DNA of 64,000 bases, taken from NCBI GenBank assembly GCA_029559155.1, contig JAKQCM010000240.1, forward strand, positions 3,130 to 67,129, written 5' to 3'. Of the stretch, positions 9,442 to 19,100 are shown one piece after another (the first letter of the stretch is position 1; each line of letters starts with the position of its first letter). The position numbers were made by a program, and so were the translations under genes. The notes below the pieces were generated by a model. The model was not told the DNA's origin, did no database searches, and was given only the letters and a program-made list of their open reading frames with translations. Source of the stretch: Chloroflexota bacterium (GTDB lineage: Bacteria > Chloroflexota > Anaerolineae > Promineifilales > Promineifilaceae).

Positions 9442-10437
9442 TTACGGCGCAGCACTTGCCACACGCTGCCCAAAAGCGATGACCTGCACGGTAACGGCCG
9501 TTCCGCCCGGCGGCGCGGCTTGCATGGTAAACGGCCGTGTCTCTCCCGCCAGCAGCACATCCGGCAAAGTCATCTGCTGAAAACCGGCCAGATTGCCCTG
9601 AGCGTCGTATAAACTGGCCACCACAATCACCTGGGCGGCGGTTTCGCCCACATTTTGCACCTGCCCGCTAATTTCCACCCGGTCGCTCTGGGCCGAAACG
9701 GCCGTATCCCCCACAGCCAAATCCAGATAACGCGATCCCAGGTCCACCACAGCATCGCCGCCCGATACTGCGATCAGCGGCGCACCCCATTCGGCGGGCG
9801 GGGCGGCCAGCAGCACGCCAAACGGCGACACACCGCCCGGCGGGATGATAGCGGCGCTGGCCCAGGCCACGGCCGTTGCCGACGGACCGCCAGCGGCATC
9901 GGGCAGTTCCAGGGTCAGCGTCACATTATCGACTGGCGTGTCGCCATCGTTTACCACTTCGCCCAGCAGCCACACCGCGCCCACCGGCGTGCGGTAAACC
10001 TGAATTTGGCGCACGCGCACTTGAACGGGCACGGCCGTACCCACCAATCCGGCATAATCGGCCACAACCGGCGGCGGTAAAATCAACGCCTGCCCAATTT
10101 GTAAAAGCTGCGGCTGCACCTCAGGGTTCAGCGCTTTAATCTCTTCCACCGTCGTATCGCGGGCGATGGCAATGCCCAACAACGTATCGCCCTCGGCTAC
10201 CAGATAGATGATTGGCGTGGGCGAGGGTGTCGTTGTGGGCGCAGGCCGGGGTGTGGGTGTGGTTTGCAGCACCACGGCCGTCGGCGGCAATTTGGTCGCC
10301 AGGGTAATGCCGATGGCGGGAATGGGCGTTACAGTAGGCGGGGAAACGGGGGTGACGGCCGTTTCCAATTCTGACGATTGGCACTGCGCCAGAAAAATCA
10401 GCGCCGCCAAAAGGAAAATGATCGCTTTTTTATCCAT
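9442..10437 (-). CDS. LysM-domain lipoprotein with Pro/Thr-rich linker
   Basis: Probable start at MDKKAIIFLLAALIFLAQC (lipobox). The ORF track extends to 10593. LysM: YLVAEGDTLLGIAIARDTTVEEIKALNP...LILP. Confidence 0.7.
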   Translation of the reverse strand: MDKKAIIFLLAALIFLAQCQSSELETAVTPVSPPTVTPIPAIGITLATKLPPTAVVLQTTPTPRPAPTTTPSPTPIIYLVAEGDTLLGIAIARDTTVEEIKALNPEVQPQLLQIGQALILPPPVVADYAGLVGTAVPVQVRVRQIQVYRTPVGAVWLLGEVVNDGDTPVDNVTLTLELPDAAGGPSATAVAWASAAIIPPGGVSPFGVLLAAPPAEWGAPLIAVSGGDAVVDLGSRYLDLAVGDTAVSAQSDRVEISGQVQNVGETAAQVIVVASLYDAQGNLAGFQQMTLPDVLLAGETRPFTMQAAPPGGTAVTVQVIAFGQRVASAAP

Positions 10438-10552
10438 AGACGCCGGATGAGTATAACGAATTTTAACCAGCGGGCGAACATGGCGCGCGGCGGCAACCGG
10501 AATATCAGCCGCCGGGTTGTCGGGCGGCGCAGGACGTATTACACTCTGACGC

Positions 10553-12913
10553 GTGATAAAATCGCCGTTCACCACCCGTTTTTTACGCCCCAACAGCCGA
10601 TTACTTCACCTCGCCGAGTGGGTTGTTTTGTTCATGGCGCTTATCGGAGCGATCTGGGCGGCTACTCAAAGCCAGAATGCGCCGCAGCTCATTTTGTTGG
10701 GGCTGCTCATGATCATCACCCTGAATTTTGGTTTGCCGCCGGAGCGCGGCGCGGCCGGTTTAACGCCGGTGGTGGTGATCAGCAGTTTGTTGATGGTGGG
10801 ACTGGAAACGGCCGTTATCCTCTTCATCCTCAGCATTATCCTGGCCGAAATTGCCCGCCCCCTCTGGAACCCTCTGTGGGAATACGTCGACGTCGCCCGA
10901 CCATCCTGGCCGCAGCGCCTGGGCATTGGCCTGGTACACCTGATCAGCCTTATTTTCGCCGGGCTGGCGTTTCAACGGCTTGGCGGCGTGGCGCCCCTCA
11001 CCGTCGAATTCATCGAAGAATTAGACCTCAATTTGCTCACCTTGCTGGCGATTGTTTATGGCGCGACTTATTTTTTGTTGATGTGGCTGATCTGGCTGTT
11101 GATGAAACGGCCGTCGAGCCGCTTTTTCCGCGACAATGCCTTATCGGTCGTCACGTTTGGCTTTTTGGCCCAGCCGTTCGCCTGGCTGGGCAGCATCACC
11201 TTTGTGCGCGACGGTCTGCCGACATTTGTGATTTTTACTCTGGGCGTTGGCGTTTTCAGCGTCCTGATCTGGATTTCCTGGCAGCGCCGCTTCATCATGG
11301 AGCGGCGGCTGGCGCAATTTGCCGCCCTGAATCAGACCGGCGCATCGCTGCGAGAAACATTGGACCTACCGGTTGTGTTGGCGCGGACGCATGAACTGGT
11401 TAGCGAATTGGTTGCCGTGGACGAGTTTGCCGTTGTGCTGCGCAGCGACTCCGGGCAGTGGCAACGGCCGTTCCCCAACACCTCATCCCCCAACCCGGCC
11501 CTTGACGAGCCGGATGATTTTACGCGCTGGGTGATGGAAAACGGCCGTGTTCTCGACCTGGACCCGCGCAATATGCCCTTCGCTGCCCGCCATCAACTCA
11601 CCCCACCCCGCCCCCTGCCCACAGCCTGGCTGGGGATTCCCCTCACCTCGGCCAACCAGATAAACGGCGTTCTGATTGTGCAGCGTCAGCCGCCCAATCC
11701 TCCCTTCAACCAATGGCAACGCGAACTGCTGATCACAATCGCCGGGCAAGTAAGCGCCGCCATCCAAAACGCCCGCCTTTACAGCGAAACCCTCCGCCTC
11801 TACACCCTGACGGACGAAGCGTTGGCGCAACGAGTGAAACAGTTACAGGCTTTGCTGGATTCTATTCAGGAAGGCGTGCTGATGGTGGACAAAAACGGCG
11901 TCATTGTTTTGCTCAATCCCATAGCCGCGGCCTTGTTAAACCAACCGGCCCAACTGCTTTACCGGCAGCCTCTGGACGCAGGCAGCGCCGCCGAACCGTT
12001 GGGGTTTACGGCCGTGCAGCTTTCCAACCTGCTGCAACAAATCCAGACCGGCAGCCTGCCGCCAGAGCGGCAAACCACCTTCAACGCCAGCAGTCAGCGC
12101 ATCTTCACTCGCCTGGAAGCGCCCGTCCGGACCGCCGATAATCAGGCGCTTGGCTGGCTGATGCTGTTCCGCGATGTGACCGAGGAGCAAAAACTGGCCG
12201 AACGGCGCACCGACCTCACCCGCATGATCGTCCACGACCTGCGGAATCCGCTCACCACATTGGTCAGCACCATCAACTTGTTAGAAAACCAATCCGCCGA
12301 GAACCAGAGCGACCTGCTAGACACCGCACGGCATGGCTGCCTGGACATGTTGGATATGGTCGATTCGCTGATGGACATCAATCGCATGGAGGCCGGGGTA
12401 TCGGTCGTAGAAGCGGAGGCGATGCGCCTGCCGCCGTTGGTGGATCGGGTGGTAAAACGGGTTCTGCCGCTGGCGCAGCAGCGCGGCATTAGCCTGTCGT
12501 TTGATCCGCCGCCGCCCGAACTGCCGGCCATTTGGGCCGACGAGGAATTGGTGCGGCGGGTACTCATCAACCTGTTGGATAACGCGCTGAAGTTTACACC
12601 GGCGGGGGGAAGGGTAAACGGCCGTCTACAAACCGAATTCGATCCGACCAACGCCGGCGAACCAGGGGTGCGCTGCCTGATCCGCGATACCGGCCCGGGC
12701 ATTCCGCCAGACTTGCAAGAGCGCGTCTTCGACCGCTTTACACGCACCAATCAAGACGGCGCACCGGTCCGTGGGACCGGCCTGGGTCTGACTTTTTGTA
12801 AACTGGCGGTTGAAGCGCAAAACGGCCGTATCTGGGTCGAAAATGCGCCCGATGGCGGCAGTCTGTTCATCTTCACCCTGCCCGGAATCCCGTACTTTGC
12901 CCTGAATAGTTAA
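10553..12913 (+). CDS. multi-TM GAF/PAS sensor histidine kinase
   Basis: Hydrophobic N-terminal third. H-box VHDLRNPLTTL. N-box LLDNALKFT. G1 DTGPGI. G2 GTGLGLTF. GTG start is uncertain; ATG at 10634 is an alternative. Confidence 0.85.
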   Translation: MIKSPFTTRFLRPNSRLLHLAEWVVLFMALIGAIWAATQSQNAPQLILLGLLMIITLNFGLPPERGAAGLTPVVVISSLLMVGLETAVILFILSIILAEIARPLWNPLWEYVDVARPSWPQRLGIGLVHLISLIFAGLAFQRLGGVAPLTVEFIEELDLNLLTLLAIVYGATYFLLMWLIWLLMKRPSSRFFRDNALSVVTFGFLAQPFAWLGSITFVRDGLPTFVIFTLGVGVFSVLIWISWQRRFIMERRLAQFAALNQTGASLRETLDLPVVLARTHELVSELVAVDEFAVVLRSDSGQWQRPFPNTSSPNPALDEPDDFTRWVMENGRVLDLDPRNMPFAARHQLTPPRPLPTAWLGIPLTSANQINGVLIVQRQPPNPPFNQWQRELLITIAGQVSAAIQNARLYSETLRLYTLTDEALAQRVKQLQALLDSIQEGVLMVDKNGVIVLLNPIAAALLNQPAQLLYRQPLDAGSAAEPLGFTAVQLSNLLQQIQTGSLPPERQTTFNASSQRIFTRLEAPVRTADNQALGWLMLFRDVTEEQKLAERRTDLTRMIVHDLRNPLTTLVSTINLLENQSAENQSDLLDTARHGCLDMLDMVDSLMDINRMEAGVSVVEAEAMRLPPLVDRVVKRVLPLAQQRGISLSFDPPPPELPAIWADEELVRRVLINLLDNALKFTPAGGRVNGRLQTEFDPTNAGEPGVRCLIRDTGPGIPPDLQERVFDRFTRTNQDGAPVRGTGLGLTFCKLAVEAQNGRIWVENAPDGGSLFIFTLPGIPYFALNS

Positions 12914-12967
12914 CCAAAGATTGAACCAATCTTTACGATGGGTCCAATCGCAAATTTAGGAGAAACC

Positions 12968-14383
12968 ATGACATCATCCAATCCCTTTTTACAGCTAGAC
13001 CGGCAAATGGTCGGCGACGTGTACACCAGCAGCGAAGTGATGGACAATCTGACCATCCTTTGCGACGAGTTTGGCTCGCGGTTTGGCGGCACGCCCGGCG
13101 AAAAACAGGCCGCCGACTTTATGCAAGCCAAACTAATAGCCTACGGCCTGCAAAATGTTCACCTGGAACCCATCAATTACATTGGCTGGCGGCGGGGCAG
13201 CGTGAAGTTAGAAATTATCGCCCCCATCCAAATGGAGCTTCCGTGCATCAGTCTGCCTCATTCACCAGCCTGCCAATTAGAAGGCACGCTCATCGACATG
13301 GGTGAAGGCGCGCCAGACGATTTTGAAGCCCGCGCCGACGAAATCCGTGGCCGGATCGTCCTGACGACCAGTGAAGCCCGGCCAAAAGGCAGCAAACGTT
13401 GGGTACACCGCATGGAAAAACACGGCCGTGCCATTGTCGCCGGAGCCACCGGTTTCATCTTCATCAATCATTACCCAGGTTTTGGTCCGGCCACTGGAGG
13501 CATTGGCAATGATGGCGAGTCTCTCATCCCCGGCATATCCGTCGCCCTGGAAGATGGCGCCTTTTTGCAGCGCCTGCTCAAACGGCACGGCGAGGTCAAA
13601 ATCCGCCTCACCAGCACCGACGAATGCGCCCCAATGGTTTCCTGGAACGTCGTGGGCGATCTGCCAGGCAATCAAGCGCCGGAGCAAATCATCATGCTCG
13701 GCTGCCATTATGATGGCCACGACATTTCCCAAGGCGCGACCGATCCGGCTTCCGGGACAGCAGCTTTGCTGGAAGCCGCCCGGGTTCTGGCCGCGTATGC
13801 GGCCGGCAAACTACCCTTCACTGTGCGATTTGTCTTATGGGGTGTAGAAGAAATTGGCCTCATTGGATCAACCCAATACGTGCAACAGCACCAGGACGAG
13901 ATGGCGAATATCCGCTTTTATCTGAACATGGACATGGCCGGAAGCCTGCCGAACAAAGGCATTGTGTTGAATAAGTGGCCGTCTCTGGAACCGATTTTTG
14001 CGGGTTGGAGCACAGAAATGGCGCTGCCATTTGGCATCGACCAGTCGATCAACGCCCATTCGGACCATTATCCATTTTTAATGGCGGGCGTGCCGACGGG
14101 CGGCATCGGCAGCGTAGGGGGACCGCCGAGCAGCGGCCGGGGATATGCCCACACGCGCTACGATACGCTGGACAAGACGGAGATCACCAGTTTGCGCGAA
14201 GCGGCTGTGCTGGCGGCGCGATTGGCGCTGCGCATGGCCAACGCGGCTGATTGGCCGGCTCAGCAGCGCAGCCAGGAAACAGTCGCCGATTTACTGGATA
14301 ATCCAGACAATCGTGAAGAATCCGCATTTTTTGCGCGTTTGGATGCCTATTATGCTCAGGCCCGGAAGGAATCGGCAGGCTAA
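12968..14383 (+). CDS. M28-family aminopeptidase with PA domain
   Basis: Zn-ligand contexts HYDGHD, EEIGLIGS, NMDMAG, HSDHYPF. AGGAG sits before the ATG at 12968. The ORF track starts at 12938. Confidence 0.8.
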   Translation: MTSSNPFLQLDRQMVGDVYTSSEVMDNLTILCDEFGSRFGGTPGEKQAADFMQAKLIAYGLQNVHLEPINYIGWRRGSVKLEIIAPIQMELPCISLPHSPACQLEGTLIDMGEGAPDDFEARADEIRGRIVLTTSEARPKGSKRWVHRMEKHGRAIVAGATGFIFINHYPGFGPATGGIGNDGESLIPGISVALEDGAFLQRLLKRHGEVKIRLTSTDECAPMVSWNVVGDLPGNQAPEQIIMLGCHYDGHDISQGATDPASGTAALLEAARVLAAYAAGKLPFTVRFVLWGVEEIGLIGSTQYVQQHQDEMANIRFYLNMDMAGSLPNKGIVLNKWPSLEPIFAGWSTEMALPFGIDQSINAHSDHYPFLMAGVPTGGIGSVGGPPSSGRGYAHTRYDTLDKTEITSLREAAVLAARLALRMANAADWPAQQRSQETVADLLDNPDNREESAFFARLDAYYAQARKESAG

Positions 14384-14485
14384 TTTGCGTCGACGCCGGC
14401 AAAAGAGGCGCACCTGACGGCAAATACATCGCTGGGTTTGCAGATTGGTTCGATCCGAGAGATTGAAGCAATATTACCGGTAAAC

Positions 14486-14529
14486 AAAAAGAGCCTGGCT
14501 GTCTAGGAAAAGTCAGCCAGGCTCTTTTG
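14486..14529. terminator. bidirectional rho-independent terminator
   Basis: 12-bp stem AGAGCCTGGCTG/CAGCCAGGCTCT flanked by AAAAA and TTTT. Lies between the convergent M28 and PspC genes. Confidence 0.8.
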
Positions 14530-14547
14530 CTTGGTGGGGATGGTGGG

Positions 14548-14754
14548 TTAGCGGCGAGGGATGATAATCCAGAGCAGGACGTAGGGCAGGAAACCGGGTA
14601 AACCACCGGGCAGCAGCAAGATCAGGAAGAGCAGGCGAAACCAGAAGGGGCTGATGCCATAAAATTCGCCTAGACCGCCGCAGACGCCGCCCACGATGCC
14701 ATTTTGCCGTCTTAATTTATTTGTTGCTTTCATCGTACTCATTGTTACCTCCAA
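14548..14754 (-). CDS. PspC-domain small membrane protein
   Basis: GIVGGVCGGLGEFYGISPFWFRLLF followed by a hydrophobic segment. 68 aa. Confidence 0.7.
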   Translation of the reverse strand: MEVTMSTMKATNKLRRQNGIVGGVCGGLGEFYGISPFWFRLLFLILLLPGGLPGFLPYVLLWIIIPRR

Positions 14755-14836
14755 ACAGCAGCCAAGCTGCTGTGCATTTGCGTTTTCCAGTTACGGCTAC
14801 CATTACGCAGGTGGGTCACAATGGTTGCGCTAGTGA

Positions 14837-16147
14837 CTAGATGATCTGGCCGCGTTCATTGCGGATGGCTGATACCAAACGCTCCAGGCTTTGATCGCGG
14901 CGTTGTATGTAGCCGACAAGTTCGCGAACCTTAGGGCCTTTGCCCTCACCCGGTAAATAGTCGTATTCTAGGCCTAAATCAAAGCATAGGGTCCGGAGTT
15001 CCTGGTAGTCGAAATAGTCGTTGAGCAGGCGGCGGATCTCGGTGGGACTGATGTTGACGGGGAGGGAAACGGCCGTTTCCGTTTCATCTTCGTCTGCGTT
15101 ATTGGCGTGCTGGCGGATCCATTCGGCAAAAATAGCGCCGTTGACATTCCAATCGTTGAGGCCGGGCACAATGAAGCCCAAAGCGCGCAGTTTGCGCCGC
15201 GCTGCATTGAGGGCTGGAGAATGCGCCCAATCGGGGTGAACGGCCGTACGCAACGCTAGACTGCGCAAATAATCCCGTTCACATTTAGTCAGATCGCGCC
15301 ACCATTGCTCCATGTAGGGAGCCAGCGAGACCAACAGTTGCGGCAGCAAGGCGTTAAACGTCGGGGGCATCCCGTAGAGTTTTGTCTCGTACCATTTGGC
15401 GGCCGTAGCCTGCACAAAAAATGGCAGCGATCCGGCCAAGGCGTGGATGTCGGCCACTTCGTTGTCGACATATAACAAACCGGTTTGCATAGCCGGTTGG
15501 CGAATCAGCAATTCCACTTCGCGCATCTCCAGACCAGGCAAATAAAGCGGTGTTGGATAAAAAATGTTGTAAAAAGGGGAGGTAGGCGGCAGCCCAATCT
15601 GTTCGCCCAACTGCGACAAATTCCAATAGGATGAGGTAATACAGGCCAGTTCATAGTCAAATACGCCGGTCATGGCGCGTAGTTCTGTTAAAAAATCTTC
15701 CGTAAAAGAGCCGGTCCGAATATGGTCAAATTCATCCAGGAGCAATATGATGCGGCGATGGGGATGCTGGCACAAAATGGATTCTACGTCATACAAATTG
15801 GCCTCGCCAGATGGCGACTGCCAGAGGTTAAGTGGTCTCGTACCGCTTAAGACATGGTTTAGTTTGTTTATTAGACGGTGGTAGAAATCGGCAGGCGTTC
15901 TGCAAGAGGACATGTCGATGTAAACCATGATGTAATCACGGGGATTGGGGACATAACGAGCCATGACTTCGCGGTGTGAGACGTATTGGAAAAAAGACGT
16001 TTTGCCCGCGCGGCGCACGCCCAAAACGCTTAAAGATTGCGCCTGAATGCCTCCGACGATTTCAAAGAATCGGGAGACTTGTTCGGTACGGCCGTAAAAA
16101 TCTTCTGGCCGTTTTATCGGATGGCCAACCACATATGTCAGCATCAT
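14837..16147 (-). CDS. P-loop ATPase (Arch_ATPase/AAA_16-like) with C-terminal effector-associated (death-like) domain
   Basis: Walker A GVRRAGKTS (aa 43-51). Walker B IILLLDEFD (aa 133-141). C-terminal aa ~365-432 PTEIRRLLNDYFDYQELRTLCFDLGLEYDYLPGEGKGPKVRELVGYIQRRDQSLERLVSAI matches the EAD pattern. GGGAGG SD 4 nt before the ATG, and 10 nt after the upstream stop. Confidence 0.8.
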   Translation of the reverse strand: MMLTYVVGHPIKRPEDFYGRTEQVSRFFEIVGGIQAQSLSVLGVRRAGKTSFFQYVSHREVMARYVPNPRDYIMVYIDMSSCRTPADFYHRLINKLNHVLSGTRPLNLWQSPSGEANLYDVESILCQHPHRRIILLLDEFDHIRTGSFTEDFLTELRAMTGVFDYELACITSSYWNLSQLGEQIGLPPTSPFYNIFYPTPLYLPGLEMREVELLIRQPAMQTGLLYVDNEVADIHALAGSLPFFVQATAAKWYETKLYGMPPTFNALLPQLLVSLAPYMEQWWRDLTKCERDYLRSLALRTAVHPDWAHSPALNAARRKLRALGFIVPGLNDWNVNGAIFAEWIRQHANNADEDETETAVSLPVNISPTEIRRLLNDYFDYQELRTLCFDLGLEYDYLPGEGKGPKVRELVGYIQRRDQSLERLVSAIRNERGQII

Positions 16148-16157
16148 GCACCCTCCC

Positions 16158-19100
16158 CTAATCTAATAGAGAGCCTAACGGCCGTTTACTAACAATCCAA
16201 CTACGCAGCAAATCAAACGATACAGCATACGCATAATCCTTACTTATTAAAGTTGGCTGCCAGCCGCCCGGACGTGGCAGCCGTGTCTGCATCTCCCTCT
16301 CCACTGCCTGCCGCGTAATCAGCCGGCGTTGCTCCAAACTCTTCAACGCCTGATTCAACACTTCATCCGCAAAATCGACATGGCGCAATCTCTGGGCAAT
16401 CTCTGGGCGTAAAATGGCCTCTTCCCCCAATTCAGCGCTGCCCGACAAAGAAGCCAATACCAACTGCTCTTCTCGCGAACACTCATTCCACAGATGCAGC
16501 AAGTGACTGTCATCCTCTTCCAAAATTCGATCAAATGTCTCCCGCACATCAGCAATGGATATTAATTTGCTGCGATTATTTGTCAAATTCGTCGCACTGA
16601 TCAGCCGGTGGCAAATTAACTGGCTGAAATAAGGATGCCCACGCGCTGCCAACCAGATTCGTTCAACTGCCAAATCGTCGTACTGGATCATGGGAGCAAC
16701 CGGCTCGCGGATCAGGCGTTCAGTCTCGTCTCGCGTTAATGAAACAATCTCACGGCTAATGCCTACATGAAAAATAATACTCCAATAATCTTCCACCAAC
16801 TGGTTTGTGCCTACCAGAATAAAGGTGACTCGGGTACGATGCTGCATGAGCGAGCGCAAATAGGACAAAATGTCCTGGCTGAGTTGGCCTCGCTCAATGC
16901 TTACTTGCAACTGCTCCAATTCATCCATGATCAATACCAGCAGGCCATTTTCCGGCAATTTGTCCTCTACTTTGTCCAAATAGTCGTCAAAATCACGGAA
17001 AAGCGTCCCATTGATAGACCAGGAAGCGGGAGGACTCACTTCAATGCCTCGGCGGTGCAGGTTGCGGGAAATGTCATGGCTTAAGCGATCAAAAAACTCC
17101 GCCGTCTCGCAGCCCGCCAATCGTTGTAAATCGATGTACACAGGATAGATGGGGTAACCGGGATATTCTCGTATGTTTTTACCTCGATGACCGCCCACCA
17201 ATTGATATAGTGTCGAAGTTTTACCCATTCGCCGCTGGCCGTACAAGATCAGTGTGTGTGGCTGTGTTTTACCAATCAGGTTCTCTTCGATCCAGCGGAA
17301 GACATCTTCTCGCCCGACATAAAGGGATTCGGAAGCGGCCGTTAGCGGCTTACCGACAACATAAGGGTTATCGACATGGAAGGAGCTGCGCGCCAGCGAA
17401 TCAAACTGAACTTCTGATTCTAAAATTTGCTGATATTCATGGCCGCGAACATCGTAATATGTCGCCCGAATCATGATGCGTGCCTCTTTTTCCCTGGGAT
17501 GCAGCCAGATAGTCAGCGGAACGCTTTGGGCTGGGTTCACTGCGCCAATTTGGATAACGGCTGAATCTTTTTCAGCCTCATAAGCTGGCGAGGGTAGTAT
17601 GTCTAAGGTCAGATTTTCGATGATATCGGCATACTGTGGGTTGGTTAGCAATCCTACAATTTGGGCGCGCCCCCGGCTGACAACGATATGATCGCGGTCT
17701 AGTTGAAAATCCAAAATGGTGGGCATGTCCCGTTCGTCTGCGGTAATTTCACCTAATTCATAGAGGATCATGCGCGTGGTAGTCGAAATTTGGCGATTGG
17801 TAAAGGTACGAAGTCGTTCGATTTCGGCGCGGGAAACAAGGACGTTTTCACGTTCGGGTGATAATTTTTGCGCGAACCAGTCATATTCTTCTTTGGTAAG
17901 TGGGTGCCGGGGCAAAAATTCGATCTTGAAGACGTGAAATTCGTAATCTTTGAAGATGTAGTCGCGCTGCGAAAACTGCCGCTGGTGCAGGGGCTTGTAT
18001 TCCCAAACGATACGATAATCGCGAGGACTTTGCAGGCCAAGTTCTTCCAGCAACTTGCGCTGGATGGTTCTGGCGAATGAGTCTTTATCGCCCTGATTCT
18101 GGTCCATTCGGCCGCCAACCAGGTTGAACATGTCCCAATTGGCATTCCACTGTAGCAAATAGCGTCGGTCCTCTCCGCTGCCAATGGTGATCAGGGCGAA
18201 GGCGCTACGTGCGCGTAATGTGTTGAGAATGCGGCTTACTTCTAACGGCCGTTCAATGCCCCGCACCGCATGTTTCCCCGCTACCAAACCAGAACATAAA
18301 GCCAATCTTTTGGCCCAGGGATACCAGGGCGCGTTTTCTAATTCTTCAAACTTCAAAGCTGCCATGCTTTGGAAGAAAACCGCTACCGGATAATGATAGC
18401 GGAAACGCTCCGGACTGTGCGTCTTGGCCATCTGTCGCAGCGAAAACAAGAAATAAAACAGGTTTTCTGAATATAACGGGAATTGCGTATACAACGTGTC
18501 GTACCATATCGGACGATAATCGCGTAAATCGCTAATAAAATCGGCAAAATCCCCTTCAGCCTGCCAGAGTACGTCTTCCAATAACAAGGCAAATTTGAAC
18601 GCTGTGTCCGAATCCCACAACCCCTCGTCGATCATTGATTTATAGAGACGATATAAGACATGCGTCCGAAATTCCACTTCCAATTTTGCCAGATCGTAAT
18701 AGATATGACCGGGGCGGGCATCGGAAAAATCGATCAGCCAGACGGCGACGCCGGTGTCGCCGGCTTCGACCAACACGTTTGTGGTATTGAGATCGCCGTG
18801 TACGACCGGTGAAATCTGAGGAATAGGCACGATCATATCTTCGCGGCCAATCTCCCAAAGCAGGCAGCGGATATTGGTGACGGGTGAAATGAACTGCCCA
18901 GACCCCAGATCATAGCTGTCTGATTCCAGGTTGTACGGCCGTTCCGTAATCCGGGCGATATGCTGCGCCAAAATCGTCTCCTGCGACGCCACAACGCGAC
19001 CACGAACGCAAATCCGCTTACCCCGCCGAATCAACGGATGCGCCAGTATGTCCCATTCCGATTCAGAAAATGCAACCTTAAAACGCAAAATCGGGTGATC

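Noticed and set aside
10378-11394. 338-aa plus-strand ORF, together with many other long ORFs such as 12142-12750(-), 23892-24554(+), 23868-24467(-), 26125-26691(-), 36282-36905(+), 39947-40777(+), 41162-41887(+) and 43502-44119(+).
   Set aside because: All lie antisense or out of frame within strongly supported genes in GC-rich DNA. Their translations are Arg/Pro/Ala/Ser-rich low-complexity strings without motifs. They are typical shadow ORFs.
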